Origin: Polyangiaceae bacterium
Lineage (GTDB): Bacteria; Myxococcota_A; Polyangia; Polyangiales; Polyangiaceae
DNA length: 64,000 nt
Direction of reading: 5' to 3'
Assembly: GCA_033763455.1 (NCBI GenBank)
Contig: JANRKO010000043.1
Coordinates: forward strand, 1-64,000
The notes under the pieces were generated by a model that worked only from the letters and a program-made list of their open reading frames with translations, was not told the origin of the DNA and did not search any database. This document shows, piece by piece, positions 28,418 to 37,920 of this stretch (positions are counted from its first letter, which is position 1; each line of letters starts with the position of its first letter). The position numbers and the translations under genes are program-made.

Positions 28418-28446
28418 CGGGTATCGCTATCAGATACGCACGTCAA
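28418..28446 (-). promoter_or_regulatory. Candidate sigma-70 promoter of purH (leaderless architecture)
   Basis: TTGACG-17 nt-TACCCG, ending 6 nt before the ATG; no SD sequence. Confidence 0.5.
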
Positions 28447-28519
28447 CCGTGGTGGCATCAGCTCGGAAGCTCGAAGCTCGGCGTCAACGAACGCCCCAAA
28501 GGGCGGGCAGAATTGGGGA

Positions 28520-28750
28520 GGGTAGGGGGGGTCACGCTGAGACGGAGATACTTCGCATGCGAAGTACTTCACTTTGGGCGGGTAGAGCCCCGAGCGAGCT
28601 CGCGGGTAGGGGGGGTCAGGCTGAGACGAAGATACTTCGCATGCAAAGTACTTCTTTTGTGGGCAAAGGGGGATCGCGCGGAGGCCAGTTGGGCTCATCT
28701 TTGGGGCCTTCTTCACAGAGATACTTCGCATGCAAAGCACTTCTTTTGTG
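28520..28750. repeat. Three spaced copies of the palindromic unit AGATACTTCGCATGCRAAGYACTTC (starts 28546, 28630, 28719)
   Basis: Periods of 84 and 89 bp. Copies 1 and 2 also share the upstream GGGTAGGGGGGGTCAsGCTGAGACG; copies 2 and 3 share the downstream TTTTGTGGG. Confidence 0.9.
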
Positions 28751-28837
28751 GGGGGAAATGGTGACGAAAGCTTGGCGTTGCCGTGGACAGGTGTGGCGGC
28801 TCGGAGTTGGTCGCCGCAGTGGTTTAGGGTGGGGCGC

Positions 28838-29884
28838 TCACGTGGGTAGGCTTGCCCAGTAGGCACTCAGATCCGGGGGTAGCGGAGCGTGTAGATCGAG
28901 CACCTCTTGGGTGAAGGCGTGACGCAAGCGGTAGTGCGCCGCGTGCAGTGCGTGGCGTGGAAGCACCAACAGCGCTCGATCTTCGTCGGTGAGTTCACCA
29001 TCGGCTGCGCGGGCCAAGAGGCGATCGTCAGGACCGTAGAGCTTATCCCCGATAATAGGGCAGCCAATGCTCGCGAGGTGGACGCGGATTTGGTGTTGCC
29101 TGCCAGTGTGGAGGCGACAGCTGATAAGCGCGCGGTTATCCCGTGTCTCCAACACCGTGATGCCAGTGCGCGCAGGCATTCCCCCTTCTTTGGCGATCCG
29201 CATTTTTACGCGTAGTGAATTGTCCGGATCCACTTCAAGTGGCGCGTCGATGAGGGAGGTATTCGGGATGCCATTGCAAAGGGCGAGGTAGTTTTTCTGG
29301 AATGTCTCGCTGTCGAGGCTTGCCGAGGTGTCGGCGTGGGCCGCTAAAATGGAGCGATCTTCGATTTGGCGCTTGAAGCGGCGATCGGATTCCGCGCTCT
29401 TTCCGAGCAAGAGAAGCCCGCTGGTGTCGCGATCTAGCCGGTGGATAAGGGACAGAAATTGGCCCGGCCGAGCTTGGCTCAGGCGCCTTAAGACGGTGTT
29501 GTTCAGGTGGCGTGCGGTTGGGTGCACTGCCATGAGCGGGGGCTTGTCGATCACCAAGAGGTGCTCATCTTCAAAGATGATGGTGAATTCAAACGGTGAT
29601 TCATCTTCGTTCAGAGAGGGGCGCCATAGAACTATCTCATCGTCCGGGCGCACTCTGTCGCTCGGCTTGATGCGGCGCCCTTCGCGCGAAAAAGCTGTGC
29701 GTTCTACAATGTCGCGGGCACGGGTCCGGCTTGTGTTGCGAAGCTGTGACTGCACGAACACGTCGGCGCGCATCCCTGCCGCTTCGGGTGGGACTCGAAA
29801 CACGCGAACTGTTGCATCCGGGGCCACTTCGGCGGGCCTCGTTGGGGGTTCGGTCGCAGCTTCCTTTTCGGAAGTTCCGGTCAA
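28838..29884 (-). CDS. RluA/RluD-family pseudouridine synthase
   Basis: S4-like N-terminus; IDKP, HRLDRDTSG, TGRQHQIRVH, GDKLYG and ALHA motifs. Confidence 0.95.
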   Translation of the reverse strand: MTGTSEKEAATEPPTRPAEVAPDATVRVFRVPPEAAGMRADVFVQSQLRNTSRTRARDIVERTAFSREGRRIKPSDRVRPDDEIVLWRPSLNEDESPFEFTIIFEDEHLLVIDKPPLMAVHPTARHLNNTVLRRLSQARPGQFLSLIHRLDRDTSGLLLLGKSAESDRRFKRQIEDRSILAAHADTSASLDSETFQKNYLALCNGIPNTSLIDAPLEVDPDNSLRVKMRIAKEGGMPARTGITVLETRDNRALISCRLHTGRQHQIRVHLASIGCPIIGDKLYGPDDRLLARAADGELTDEDRALLVLPRHALHAAHYRLRHAFTQEVLDLHAPLPPDLSAYWASLPT

Positions 29885-30774
29885 GGCGAGGCAACTCGTT
29901 GAATTTCTGTGCCCACGCCCTGATCCGTGAAGAGCTCCAACAATAGAGCGTGCCGCCTACGCCCGTCGATGATGTGAACCTTCTTCACGCCGTCGTTCAC
30001 CGCTTCGAGGGCGCAACGAACCTTGGGGACCATTCCGCCGCTGATAACACCTTCGGAGATCAGCTTTTCAGCCGTTTGCGCGGACAGGGAGCTCAGTAGA
30101 TTTCCCTGGTTGTCTTTCACTCCATCTACGTCGGTCATTAGCACTAACTTAGCGGCCTTTACCGACGCCGCGATGCTTCCAGCAGCTGTATCTGCGTTCA
30201 CATTCAGTGCACGGCCTTCGCGATCCACCGCGATGGGCGCCACAACGGGAATCACGCCTTGTGCCATGAGGTCGGTGATGAGTGCGGGATTAACGGATTC
30301 GACCTCCCCCACACGGCCCAGATCCACCAGGGAAACCTGACCGTTCTTGTCTTTGTTTTGCACCGGCGCCGCACGCCGTGCACGAACAAAGCGGTCGTCT
30401 TTGCCACTCAGGCCTACGGCTCTCCCGCCGTGTTTGCAAATCAAGGCGACAATCTCTTTGTTCACGTGTCCACCCAACACCATCTCCACCACGTCCATGG
30501 TGTCGTCATCCGTAACGCGTAGCCCGCCGCTAAACACCGGCTGGATCCCCACTCGCTTGAGCATGGTATCGATCTGGGGGCCACCACCGTGCACCACCAC
30601 CACCCGGATCCCAACGAACCTGAGTAAACACACGTCGCGAGCGAAGCTTGCTTTAAGTTCGTCGTCGATCATCGCGTGACCGCCGTATTTCACCACCAGC
30701 GTCTGCTGCTGGAAGCGCTGAATGTAGGGGAGGGCTTCGTGCAATACGGCGGCTTTGGCGACCAATTCATCCAT
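29881..30774 (-). CDS. argB: Acetylglutamate kinase
   Basis: VKYGG.AM, VHGGGPQI, GLRVTD, NVNAD and GGMVPK motifs. Confidence 0.97.
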   Translation of the reverse strand: MDELVAKAAVLHEALPYIQRFQQQTLVVKYGGHAMIDDELKASFARDVCLLRFVGIRVVVVHGGGPQIDTMLKRVGIQPVFSGGLRVTDDDTMDVVEMVLGGHVNKEIVALICKHGGRAVGLSGKDDRFVRARRAAPVQNKDKNGQVSLVDLGRVGEVESVNPALITDLMAQGVIPVVAPIAVDREGRALNVNADTAAGSIAASVKAAKLVLMTDVDGVKDNQGNLLSSLSAQTAEKLISEGVISGGMVPKVRCALEAVNDGVKKVHIIDGRRRHALLLELFTDQGVGTEIQRVASP

Positions 30775-30922
30775 GGCGGGGTGAGGCTAGTCCCGTGGCG
30801 CGCTTGCTCACAAGCGTCAGTCGGTCGCAAGAGAAAACCCCCCGGCCCGCTCCCGGCCTGGTTTCGCCTCATCGGGTCCCAGGCTGTCAATGGAGGCCCG
30901 GTTGTGTGCTACACGGGTCGCA

Positions 30923-32347
30923 ATGGAAATCCTCCTTGTTACCCCCGAGCTTAGCCCGTTCACGCGCGGATCTGACGCAGGCGATACGGTCGCCGCCCTG
31001 GCCAAGCACTTGCGCCACTTGGGTCACGAAATCACGATTCTGCTACCGCGGTATCCGGGGCTTGAAGCGCAAGGCTTGCTCCTGGCTCGCCGCCTATCGC
31101 CCCTTGTACTCCCGAGTGGGGTTGAAGTGAGCGTTCTGGACGGTCGCTTGCCCTCGGGCGTGAAGTTGGTGGCGCTCGATGCTCCACTGCTCTTCGATCG
31201 AGCAGGAGTCTACGGCGAGGAGCTATCGCTCTATCCGGACAACGCCCAACGTTTTGGTTTGCTCGCGCAAGCTGCAGTGGCACTGGTGCGGCAACACCAA
31301 GACCATGGCGCTCGCTTCGATATTGTTCAACTCAATGATTGGCCCGGAGCGCTTGTGCCACTTCTTCTCCAAGGGGAAAGCGATGTCAGTGTGCCCACGG
31401 TGCTCACGGTACATGATGTTCGGCAACAAGGGTCGTTCCCCCTGAGCGAACTCAGGAGCCTCGGTGCCACCGAAGAAAACGCCGAGAGCCTGATGCTTGG
31501 CGGGCAACTTAACGTACTCAAGAGTGGATTGCTTCTGGCGAGCGCCGTAACGACGGTGTCGGATGCTTACGCTGAGGGTTTTGTGGAGCCCGACCAGAGT
31601 GGTGAGTTAGCAACGTTTATTGCCCAAAGTAAGGGCGTTTTGGGTATCAATAACGGGGTGGATTATGCGCTCTTTAACCCGGCCGCAGATCCGCTCATCG
31701 TGAGTCGTTTTGACGCGGAAGATCCGACCAACAAACAACGCAACAAGTCCGCAGTGCTGTTGGAGCGTGGTTTGACTCTTCAGCCGGGGAGGCCTTTGGT
31801 GGCCGTATGGGCGGACCCGCGTGAGGCGGAGAGTCTCAAGCTTTTGAGCGACGCTCTGCTGCTGGTGCTCAAGCATGATCTATCGCTCATCATCGCGTCC
31901 CCCCTGCTTCTCGATGACCCGCGGCTCGTTGAAATGGCTACGCGCTTTCCCGAGGTATGCGCTCTACATTCTAATGCCGATGAAGCGGCCAGGCATCGGC
32001 TGTTAGCTGGTGCTGACATCTATCTGAGCACGGATACTTCGCGGCTGGCCTCGATGTTACCCGTGGTGGCGCAGCGGTATGGAGCTGTTCCGGTTGCTCT
32101 GGCTACCCCGCGTACCGTCGACCAGGTGGTCGACACGGATGTTGACCTTCTCACGGGTACCGGCTTTCTGTACGACGAGGCCTCTCCAACGGCTCTGGTC
32201 GGTGCGCTCGAACGTGCGCTTGGAGCGTTTGCGTCGCCCAAGTGGGCCACGCTGCGTCGCCGCGTCATGCGGCTGGATATCAGCTGGGATAGGCCGGTTC
32301 GGCGCTACTTGCAGGTGTTTCGGCAGGCACTAGCGCCCCGGGCTTGA
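30923..32347 (+). CDS. Glycogen/starch synthase-like protein (GT5) with degenerate catalytic motifs
   Basis: Full-length GlgA-like architecture (DNAQRF, NDW, TTVS..YA, GINNGVD...NP..D, RYG.VPV, TGF, D.SW). Start placed at ATG 30923. Confidence 0.85.
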   Translation: MEILLVTPELSPFTRGSDAGDTVAALAKHLRHLGHEITILLPRYPGLEAQGLLLARRLSPLVLPSGVEVSVLDGRLPSGVKLVALDAPLLFDRAGVYGEELSLYPDNAQRFGLLAQAAVALVRQHQDHGARFDIVQLNDWPGALVPLLLQGESDVSVPTVLTVHDVRQQGSFPLSELRSLGATEENAESLMLGGQLNVLKSGLLLASAVTTVSDAYAEGFVEPDQSGELATFIAQSKGVLGINNGVDYALFNPAADPLIVSRFDAEDPTNKQRNKSAVLLERGLTLQPGRPLVAVWADPREAESLKLLSDALLLVLKHDLSLIIASPLLLDDPRLVEMATRFPEVCALHSNADEAARHRLLAGADIYLSTDTSRLASMLPVVAQRYGAVPVALATPRTVDQVVDTDVDLLTGTGFLYDEASPTALVGALERALGAFASPKWATLRRRVMRLDISWDRPVRRYLQVFRQALAPRA

Positions 32348-33161
32348 TCCTTTTTTGCGCGCTGGCTAGCGCCCGCTCAATAATTGAGAACCAAAAAAGG
32401 CGAATCCCGATCAAGATCAGGCAGAGCAGCTGTTGAAGCCCGAACGTAAGGCTCGGGTGCTCCGCAAAACCTCGTGACGCAAAAACGGCGGATGCTCCGA
32501 CGAGGGAGATGCACAGACTGGCGAGAAGCGCCCAGGAGATAAGTAACTTCACCCCTTCGGAACGCAGGGCCCGAAGGCTCAGGCCAAACGCACCGGAGAA
32601 GTGCGGCGACACTGCATCACGCACCAACGCCACACGGAGCACATCCTGGACACAGCCGACAATAGCGCCAAGGCCAAGGCCGGCAGCAACGAAGGAAAGT
32701 GTGCGCAGATCGGCTTGCCGGACGTCAGCACTCGTCGCTCGAAACCACGCCTGAACCACGTAGACCCCGCCGAAGAGTAGTGCTTGGACGAGCGATGTTC
32801 CCAGCCTAAGCAAAGCGAACCGCCACCAATGCTCCACGGCGCGGGTTGCTAAGGCGTTGGGCCCCAACTTTTGCTTCGAAGACGCAGCTAGGGCGAGCCC
32901 TGCCGTCGGTACCAAGCTTACCAAGGCGACGCCAACGCCCAGCACCAGCGTCGGAAGGAGGAGGCTTTGGAAGTGCCCGAACCCCAGGCGCAGTGCCTCG
33001 AGGAAGTACGCGCCTCCTGCACTGAGCAGGCGCGCATCGCCGTCTGCAAATTGAGAAAACCCCTGGGCTTTTAGCCCCTGAGACCAGGGCCACGCCAACA
33101 CGAAGCCGAGAAACAACGTTACAAGCCAGTTGCCAAACACGGCCCACGTTTTGGTACTCAT
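32280..33161 (-). CDS. Multi-pass membrane protein
   Basis: About 6 hydrophobic segments; ATG 33161 overlaps the stop of the M1 peptidase gene. Confidence 0.7.
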   Translation of the reverse strand: MSTKTWAVFGNWLVTLFLGFVLAWPWSQGLKAQGFSQFADGDARLLSAGGAYFLEALRLGFGHFQSLLLPTLVLGVGVALVSLVPTAGLALAASSKQKLGPNALATRAVEHWWRFALLRLGTSLVQALLFGGVYVVQAWFRATSADVRQADLRTLSFVAAGLGLGAIVGCVQDVLRVALVRDAVSPHFSGAFGLSLRALRSEGVKLLISWALLASLCISLVGASAVFASRGFAEHPSLTFGLQQLLCLILIGIRLFWFSIIERALASAQKRIKPGALVPAETPASSAEPAYPS

Positions 33162-35218
33162 GGTAGGGCCCCACTCACGAAAAGGTGCGCGAGCGAAGTC
33201 AGGATGTAAGAAATACGGCTTTCTCCCGCGGGGGTAACAGCTTTCGAATTGTTGAGCAGGTTTTGGTCCAGAGGGATCTTGAGATCCGGATCCACCTCCA
33301 CAGAAGCTAGCTCCGAAGGGCCGGTGTAATCGACAACGAAGCTCGCTCCCTGCCCATTCCACTTTCGTCGGAGCACAGCGCCAGACTTAAGGTGAAGTGC
33401 TATTTCGACAGGAATTTCCAGGTTTCCGCGCCGGTAGACGACTGCTCGCCCAAGCCAATCTTTGCTGCCGGAAGCTGCGGAAGCTCGACTGCTTTGGGGC
33501 CCACCTTCGGCGAACAAACCTAAGTCAGCCAACGATCGCCGACTCGCGACGCTTTCGACGCGATAGTCGACCCATCCGCGTTCGAATAGGCCAACCCGGA
33601 GTGCTCGGCCGAAGCTTGGTTCGAGCTCCTTTTCAAGGGTGGTTACGAAGTCATCGGGGGTGGGATGCCCGAACCGAAACTTCTCAGCATAGAGCTTGAG
33701 GGCCGCCCGAAACTTCTCAGGGCCGAATACGCGTTCTAGCGTCAAAAGGAGGGTTGCGGTTCGGGAATAAACGAGCCCCCCCATGGCGGAAAACCCCCTG
33801 AAACCGCGCGCGGGCTGGGCGACTACGTCGTCCCCACCGTACCAAGCGGCGTTTACTCGATGTAAAGCTGCAATGGAGATATCTAGCCCCGCGCCTCGGA
33901 ACGCGGACCCAACACCCAAAAGATCCTCAAGAACTCCGATCTCCGCATAACTGTTAACGCCTTCATCGAGAAACGGCGCTTCTGATTCATTGGACGCAAG
34001 CAGCCCATAGAACCATTGGTGCCCGAGTTCGTGCACCGTAACGGCTTCAATCGCATGACTGCCCAGGTAGGGTTCAAACCAAACTCCCCCGGTGGTGATC
34101 AAGCTGGGGTACTCCATCCCTCCGGCACCTTCGCCGGCTTCCGGTGGGTGCACTACCGTGAGCGTCGGGTAGGGGTAGGGGCCAAAACGTCTCGAAAAAT
34201 TAGGAAGAGCTTGGCGCACGGCCGAAAGTGACAGGAGGGCGTTCTCACGCTGCCACGCCGGAAAAAGCAGCTGCACGTGAACATCGCCTACCTTCTCGGA
34301 GATGCGCTCGAACTTGTCCCAAGCGGTAAACGCAAAATCATGGGCCCCCTTTAATGAAAAGTGGCTAGTTGTTGAGTTCTTCCGCTGCGTGGTTTCCACA
34401 AGCGAGCCTGTGGCACCAATCACGAACTCATTGGGCGCGGTGATCCGTACGTCATAGTCCCCGAAGTCTGCGTAAAATTCCGCGTTGGGGTGGAACGGAA
34501 AGTGCGCAAAAGTGCCGTCCAATTCGAGCTTGGCGAGTTTTGGGAACCATTGCCCCGCGAAGTGAAAACTCCCTGCGTATCCAGTGCGCTCCAATACAGG
34601 GGGTAGGTGTGAGGTGAATTCGAGCTCAAGCTCGAGGCTCTCACCCGGTTCGAGGGGAGCGGGCAATGGAACCGATATGTCGGTCGTGTCGTCGGGATCC
34701 GCTGGGCTGTGCTTGGCACTGTTGGCCCAGAGATTCTGTGTGCCAAATCGCGGAGATGTTAGCTTGTGTACTTCTATGTAGCCGTAGCTCGAAAGCGTTC
34801 GCCCGCTTCGACCAAGAGCGAATGGGTTTCGAAGAAAGAGTGAGCGGTTATTCTTGAAGGCGTTGAGGTAAAGATGGAACCACAGCTCGGTGAGGGCCCG
34901 CGTACTGCGATTGGTGAAGTGGATCGTGCCCGTGGCGTGGATAGTGTGTTTTCCCACATCGAGGTTGGCATCCAGGTTGTAGGAAGCCACCCGTAGAGGC
35001 GCTTCCAGAGCCATGGGGGTTTCGGGAGCGATGGGAGCAACGGGAGCGATGGGAACAACGGGAGTTGCCGGAGCGATGGGAGTTGCCGGAGCAAGCGGCC
35101 TCCCTTGACCGGAACCGGCCCAACCTAAGGCGAGCATCCCAAGGAGGATCAATATTCTCTGCCGAAACCTCTGCCGCTGCACCGAGCAGGCGTAGCGGCT
35201 TGCCGGTGGGCTTTGCAA
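33158..35218 (-). CDS. Secreted M1-family zinc metallopeptidase
   Basis: GGMEYP and HELGHQWF...NE....LDEG motifs; signal-peptide-like N-terminus. Exact start uncertain. Confidence 0.92.
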   Translation of the reverse strand: MQSPPASRYACSVQRQRFRQRILILLGMLALGWAGSGQGRPLAPATPIAPATPVVPIAPVAPIAPETPMALEAPLRVASYNLDANLDVGKHTIHATGTIHFTNRSTRALTELWFHLYLNAFKNNRSLFLRNPFALGRSGRTLSSYGYIEVHKLTSPRFGTQNLWANSAKHSPADPDDTTDISVPLPAPLEPGESLELELEFTSHLPPVLERTGYAGSFHFAGQWFPKLAKLELDGTFAHFPFHPNAEFYADFGDYDVRITAPNEFVIGATGSLVETTQRKNSTTSHFSLKGAHDFAFTAWDKFERISEKVGDVHVQLLFPAWQRENALLSLSAVRQALPNFSRRFGPYPYPTLTVVHPPEAGEGAGGMEYPSLITTGGVWFEPYLGSHAIEAVTVHELGHQWFYGLLASNESEAPFLDEGVNSYAEIGVLEDLLGVGSAFRGAGLDISIAALHRVNAAWYGGDDVVAQPARGFRGFSAMGGLVYSRTATLLLTLERVFGPEKFRAALKLYAEKFRFGHPTPDDFVTTLEKELEPSFGRALRVGLFERGWVDYRVESVASRRSLADLGLFAEGGPQSSRASAASGSKDWLGRAVVYRRGNLEIPVEIALHLKSGAVLRRKWNGQGASFVVDYTGPSELASVEVDPDLKIPLDQNLLNNSKAVTPAGESRISYILTSLAHLFVSGALP

Positions 35219-35227
35219 GGGAGGCCC

Positions 35228-36028
35228 TTAGGAGGCCGGAGAAAGCAGGATGATTTGCTGTTCGAACAAGCCGTGCAGGATTCGCAGTGCATCTAGGTGT
35301 GGCATCCCGCTGATATCTAGGAGTTGTTCCAGGCTCAGGTTCCCATCTATGAGCGACAACAAGAAGCCTGCGCGATGGTCGAGCGATAGCCACCGAACTT
35401 GTGCTGGGTCCACGCGGAGCGCGACGACCTGAGAGAGAGCTCCCAGGCGGGCACTATACATTTGAATGAGAACGTTTTCGGAATGCCGAGCGTAGCGCGC
35501 AGCTTCTACATGCTCCGGCTCGGCGTCGAGGATGCCCGAAGCGAGGGTGAGAGCGCCCGTGAAATCCCCCATGGCAATCTTGTCCTTCACCACCCGGAGG
35601 GCGTCTTCAACGCTCGTGACCGGGGGAACGTCGGGAAGAGGCGCCATAGCGGGCTTGGCTGCTACCAAACTTGGCTTGCGAACCGCGTGCATATCCGCAA
35701 GCTCCAAGGCGGAGGTGCCCGGTCCATCTCCGAATTCAATCTGGACCATTCGAGGAAGCGTGATGCCCACGGCTTCAGGTGGGGGCAACGTTGAGGCCAG
35801 GGCGCTCCGCTCTGGCGGGTTACCCTGTAGAGCAGGCGTTTGCGCTCTAGGCGGTAACGTCGGCGCATCCGACGGGGGCGTGGTGACGGCGGGCGGCCAA
35901 GCAGAGTCGATCGACTCAAGCTCCTGAGAGTTGTGAGCTAGCGGCGGCTCCTTAACGCCCGGGAACTGACTAAGAGTGGGGCTCGGTGGTTTCGAACCTT
36001 CGCCCCGGTTGTCGTCGTTGCCAGTCAT
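35228..36028 (-). CDS. Hypothetical protein (Pro-rich N-terminus, TPR-like helix pair, C-terminal winged-helix-like module)
   Basis: Co-oriented ORF directly after dnaK; LDHRAGFLLSLIDG..SLEQLLDISGM...ALRIL..L. Confidence 0.7.
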   Translation of the reverse strand: MTGNDDNRGEGSKPPSPTLSQFPGVKEPPLAHNSQELESIDSAWPPAVTTPPSDAPTLPPRAQTPALQGNPPERSALASTLPPPEAVGITLPRMVQIEFGDGPGTSALELADMHAVRKPSLVAAKPAMAPLPDVPPVTSVEDALRVVKDKIAMGDFTGALTLASGILDAEPEHVEAARYARHSENVLIQMYSARLGALSQVVALRVDPAQVRWLSLDHRAGFLLSLIDGNLSLEQLLDISGMPHLDALRILHGLFEQQIILLSPAS

Positions 36029-36056
36029 CAGCGGGTTGTGGCTCCGTTCGACTTCC

Positions 36057-37883
36057 CTATTCGGAGCGTGCGACTACGCCTTTGAACATGCGCTGGGTTC
36101 GAGCCAGCTGCTCCACCTGCTCCTTGAGCGCTACGGAATCCTTTTGAGTTATCGCGGTTCGCGTCTTGGCCACGACGGCGCGCGCCTTGGAGATGGCATC
36201 TCGCCCGAAATCCGCAGAGCCCACCACTCGCTCGATTTCAGGAAACATCTGCTCGACCTGCTCCATCAGGCTATCGGCTTCTTGACGCAACCCTTCGAAC
36301 TTTTCGTCTGTTCTTCGCTCGACCATGTATTGGTCGGCGTTGTTGAGCATGTGCTTAATTTCGTCCGGCGTGAGCCCGCTACTCGCTGTAACCTGAATCG
36401 ACTGCTCTTTTCCGTTCTCGAGATCTTTTGCCGAGACACTTACGATACCGTCCGTATTGATCTCGAAGGTAACTTCGATCTCAACTTCACCTTTCGGTGC
36501 CCGCCGCAGGCCAGTCAAGATGAACTCGCCCAAGAGCTCATTCTCCTTCGCCTTCGAGCTGTCCCCCTGCATCACGATGATCTTCACGGCCGTTTGGTGA
36601 TCTCGGCTGGTGGTGAAGATCTTGGCGCGTTGGGTGGGTACAGTGGTGTTGTGCGGGATGAGTTCCTCGAAGTTACTGCCAAACGTCATGATCCCGAGCG
36701 CGTGTGGCGTGACATCTAGCAGGATCATCTCCTGTCGATCTTCAACTAGCGCGGCCCCTTGAATCGCGGCTCCTAGGGCGACCACTTCATCTGGGTGTAC
36801 TCCGCGGTTAGGCGTGCGCTGGAAAAATGTAGTCACTGCCTCTTGGATTATCGGCGTGCGCGTCATGCCGCCCACCAGGATCACATCTTCCACCTCGCCA
36901 ACGCCGAGCTTGGCATCTGCCAGTGCCTGCCGACAAATATCCACTGTGCGTTCGACGAGATCTTCTACCAAGCGTTCGTACGTGGCGCGGTCCAGCGTGC
37001 GTTGAAGGTGCAGCGCTTCGTTGCGCCCAGTTGAGATAATGAAGGGCAGGTTGAGCTCGGTTTCCTGCATTTGGGAGAGCTCACACTTGGCTTTTTCCGC
37101 GGCATCACGCAGGCGCTGCAATGCCATGCGATCCTGGCGAAGGTCGATACCGGTTTCCTCTTTGAAGCCCTCCACCAACCAATCCATGATGCGTGCGTCA
37201 AAATCTTCCCCGCCGAGAAAGGTGTCGCCCGTGGTGCTTATCACCTTGAAAACACCGTGCGCGCCGATCTCCAGAATACTGATGTCGAAAGTTCCTCCGC
37301 CCAAGTCGTAGACTGCGATGGTGGTGTCGAGATCTTTTCCGTAGCCGAATGCCAAAGCAGCAGCAGTAGGCTCGTTGATGATGCGAATCACGTCCAAGCC
37401 AGCGATGGCCCCGGCGTCTTTGGTAGCTTGGCGTTGGTTGTCATTGAAGTAGGCGGGGACGGTGACGACGGCCTTCTTCACCGGTTCACCGAGGTAATCC
37501 TCCGCGATGAGCTTCATTTCCTGAAGCACCATCGAGCTCACCTCGGGTACCGAAAACACTTTATTACGCAGCTTGAGCCGAACGTCGTCGTGCGGACCCT
37601 CCACGATGGTGTAGCTGCACGTCATGATGGCGTTCTCTACCTGCGGAGATTTCCACTTCCGCCCGATCAGGCGCTTGGCCGCGTAGACGGTGTTTTCGGC
37701 GTTGGTGATGGATTGGCGTTTTGCGATGTGCCCCACTAGGCGTTTGCCAGCTTCCGTGACGGCCACGATGCTCGGTGTGGTCTTGTATCCACCCCGATTG
37801 GAAATAACAGTCGGGGTATCCCCCTCCAAGATGGCGACACACGAGTTGGTGGTCCCAAGATCAATTCCGATGACACGCTCCAT
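36057..37883 (-). CDS. dnaK: Hsp70/DnaK-family chaperone (paralogue-type)
   Basis: IGIDLGTTNSC, TVPAYFND.QRQATKDAG, YDLGGGTFD.S, LGGEDFD and LVGGMTR motifs. Start placed at ATG 37883. Confidence 0.95.
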   Translation of the reverse strand: MERVIGIDLGTTNSCVAILEGDTPTVISNRGGYKTTPSIVAVTEAGKRLVGHIAKRQSITNAENTVYAAKRLIGRKWKSPQVENAIMTCSYTIVEGPHDDVRLKLRNKVFSVPEVSSMVLQEMKLIAEDYLGEPVKKAVVTVPAYFNDNQRQATKDAGAIAGLDVIRIINEPTAAALAFGYGKDLDTTIAVYDLGGGTFDISILEIGAHGVFKVISTTGDTFLGGEDFDARIMDWLVEGFKEETGIDLRQDRMALQRLRDAAEKAKCELSQMQETELNLPFIISTGRNEALHLQRTLDRATYERLVEDLVERTVDICRQALADAKLGVGEVEDVILVGGMTRTPIIQEAVTTFFQRTPNRGVHPDEVVALGAAIQGAALVEDRQEMILLDVTPHALGIMTFGSNFEELIPHNTTVPTQRAKIFTTSRDHQTAVKIIVMQGDSSKAKENELLGEFILTGLRRAPKGEVEIEVTFEINTDGIVSVSAKDLENGKEQSIQVTASSGLTPDEIKHMLNNADQYMVERRTDEKFEGLRQEADSLMEQVEQMFPEIERVVGSADFGRDAISKARAVVAKTRTAITQKDSVALKEQVEQLARTQRMFKGVVARSE

Positions 37884-37920
37884 TGGTTCTCTTCTCTCGT
37901 AAGCGCAAAAAGGGGGCTGC

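Noticed and set aside
28520..28750. CRISPR array interpretation of the spaced palindromic repeats
   Set aside because: Only three units, intervening segments of about 60 bp that are partly homologous to each other, and no cas genes or AT-rich leader.
28254..28866. ORFs with repeated YFACEV/YFACKV peptides on both strands
   Set aside because: The peptide recurs on both strands only because the DNA unit is palindromic; there is no SD or protein-like composition, and they overlap the purH start or promoter.
35010..35095. 9-bp-period repeats in the M1 peptidase N-terminus
   Set aside because: Encodes a PxA/PxT low-complexity linker in frame; no sign of a separate element.
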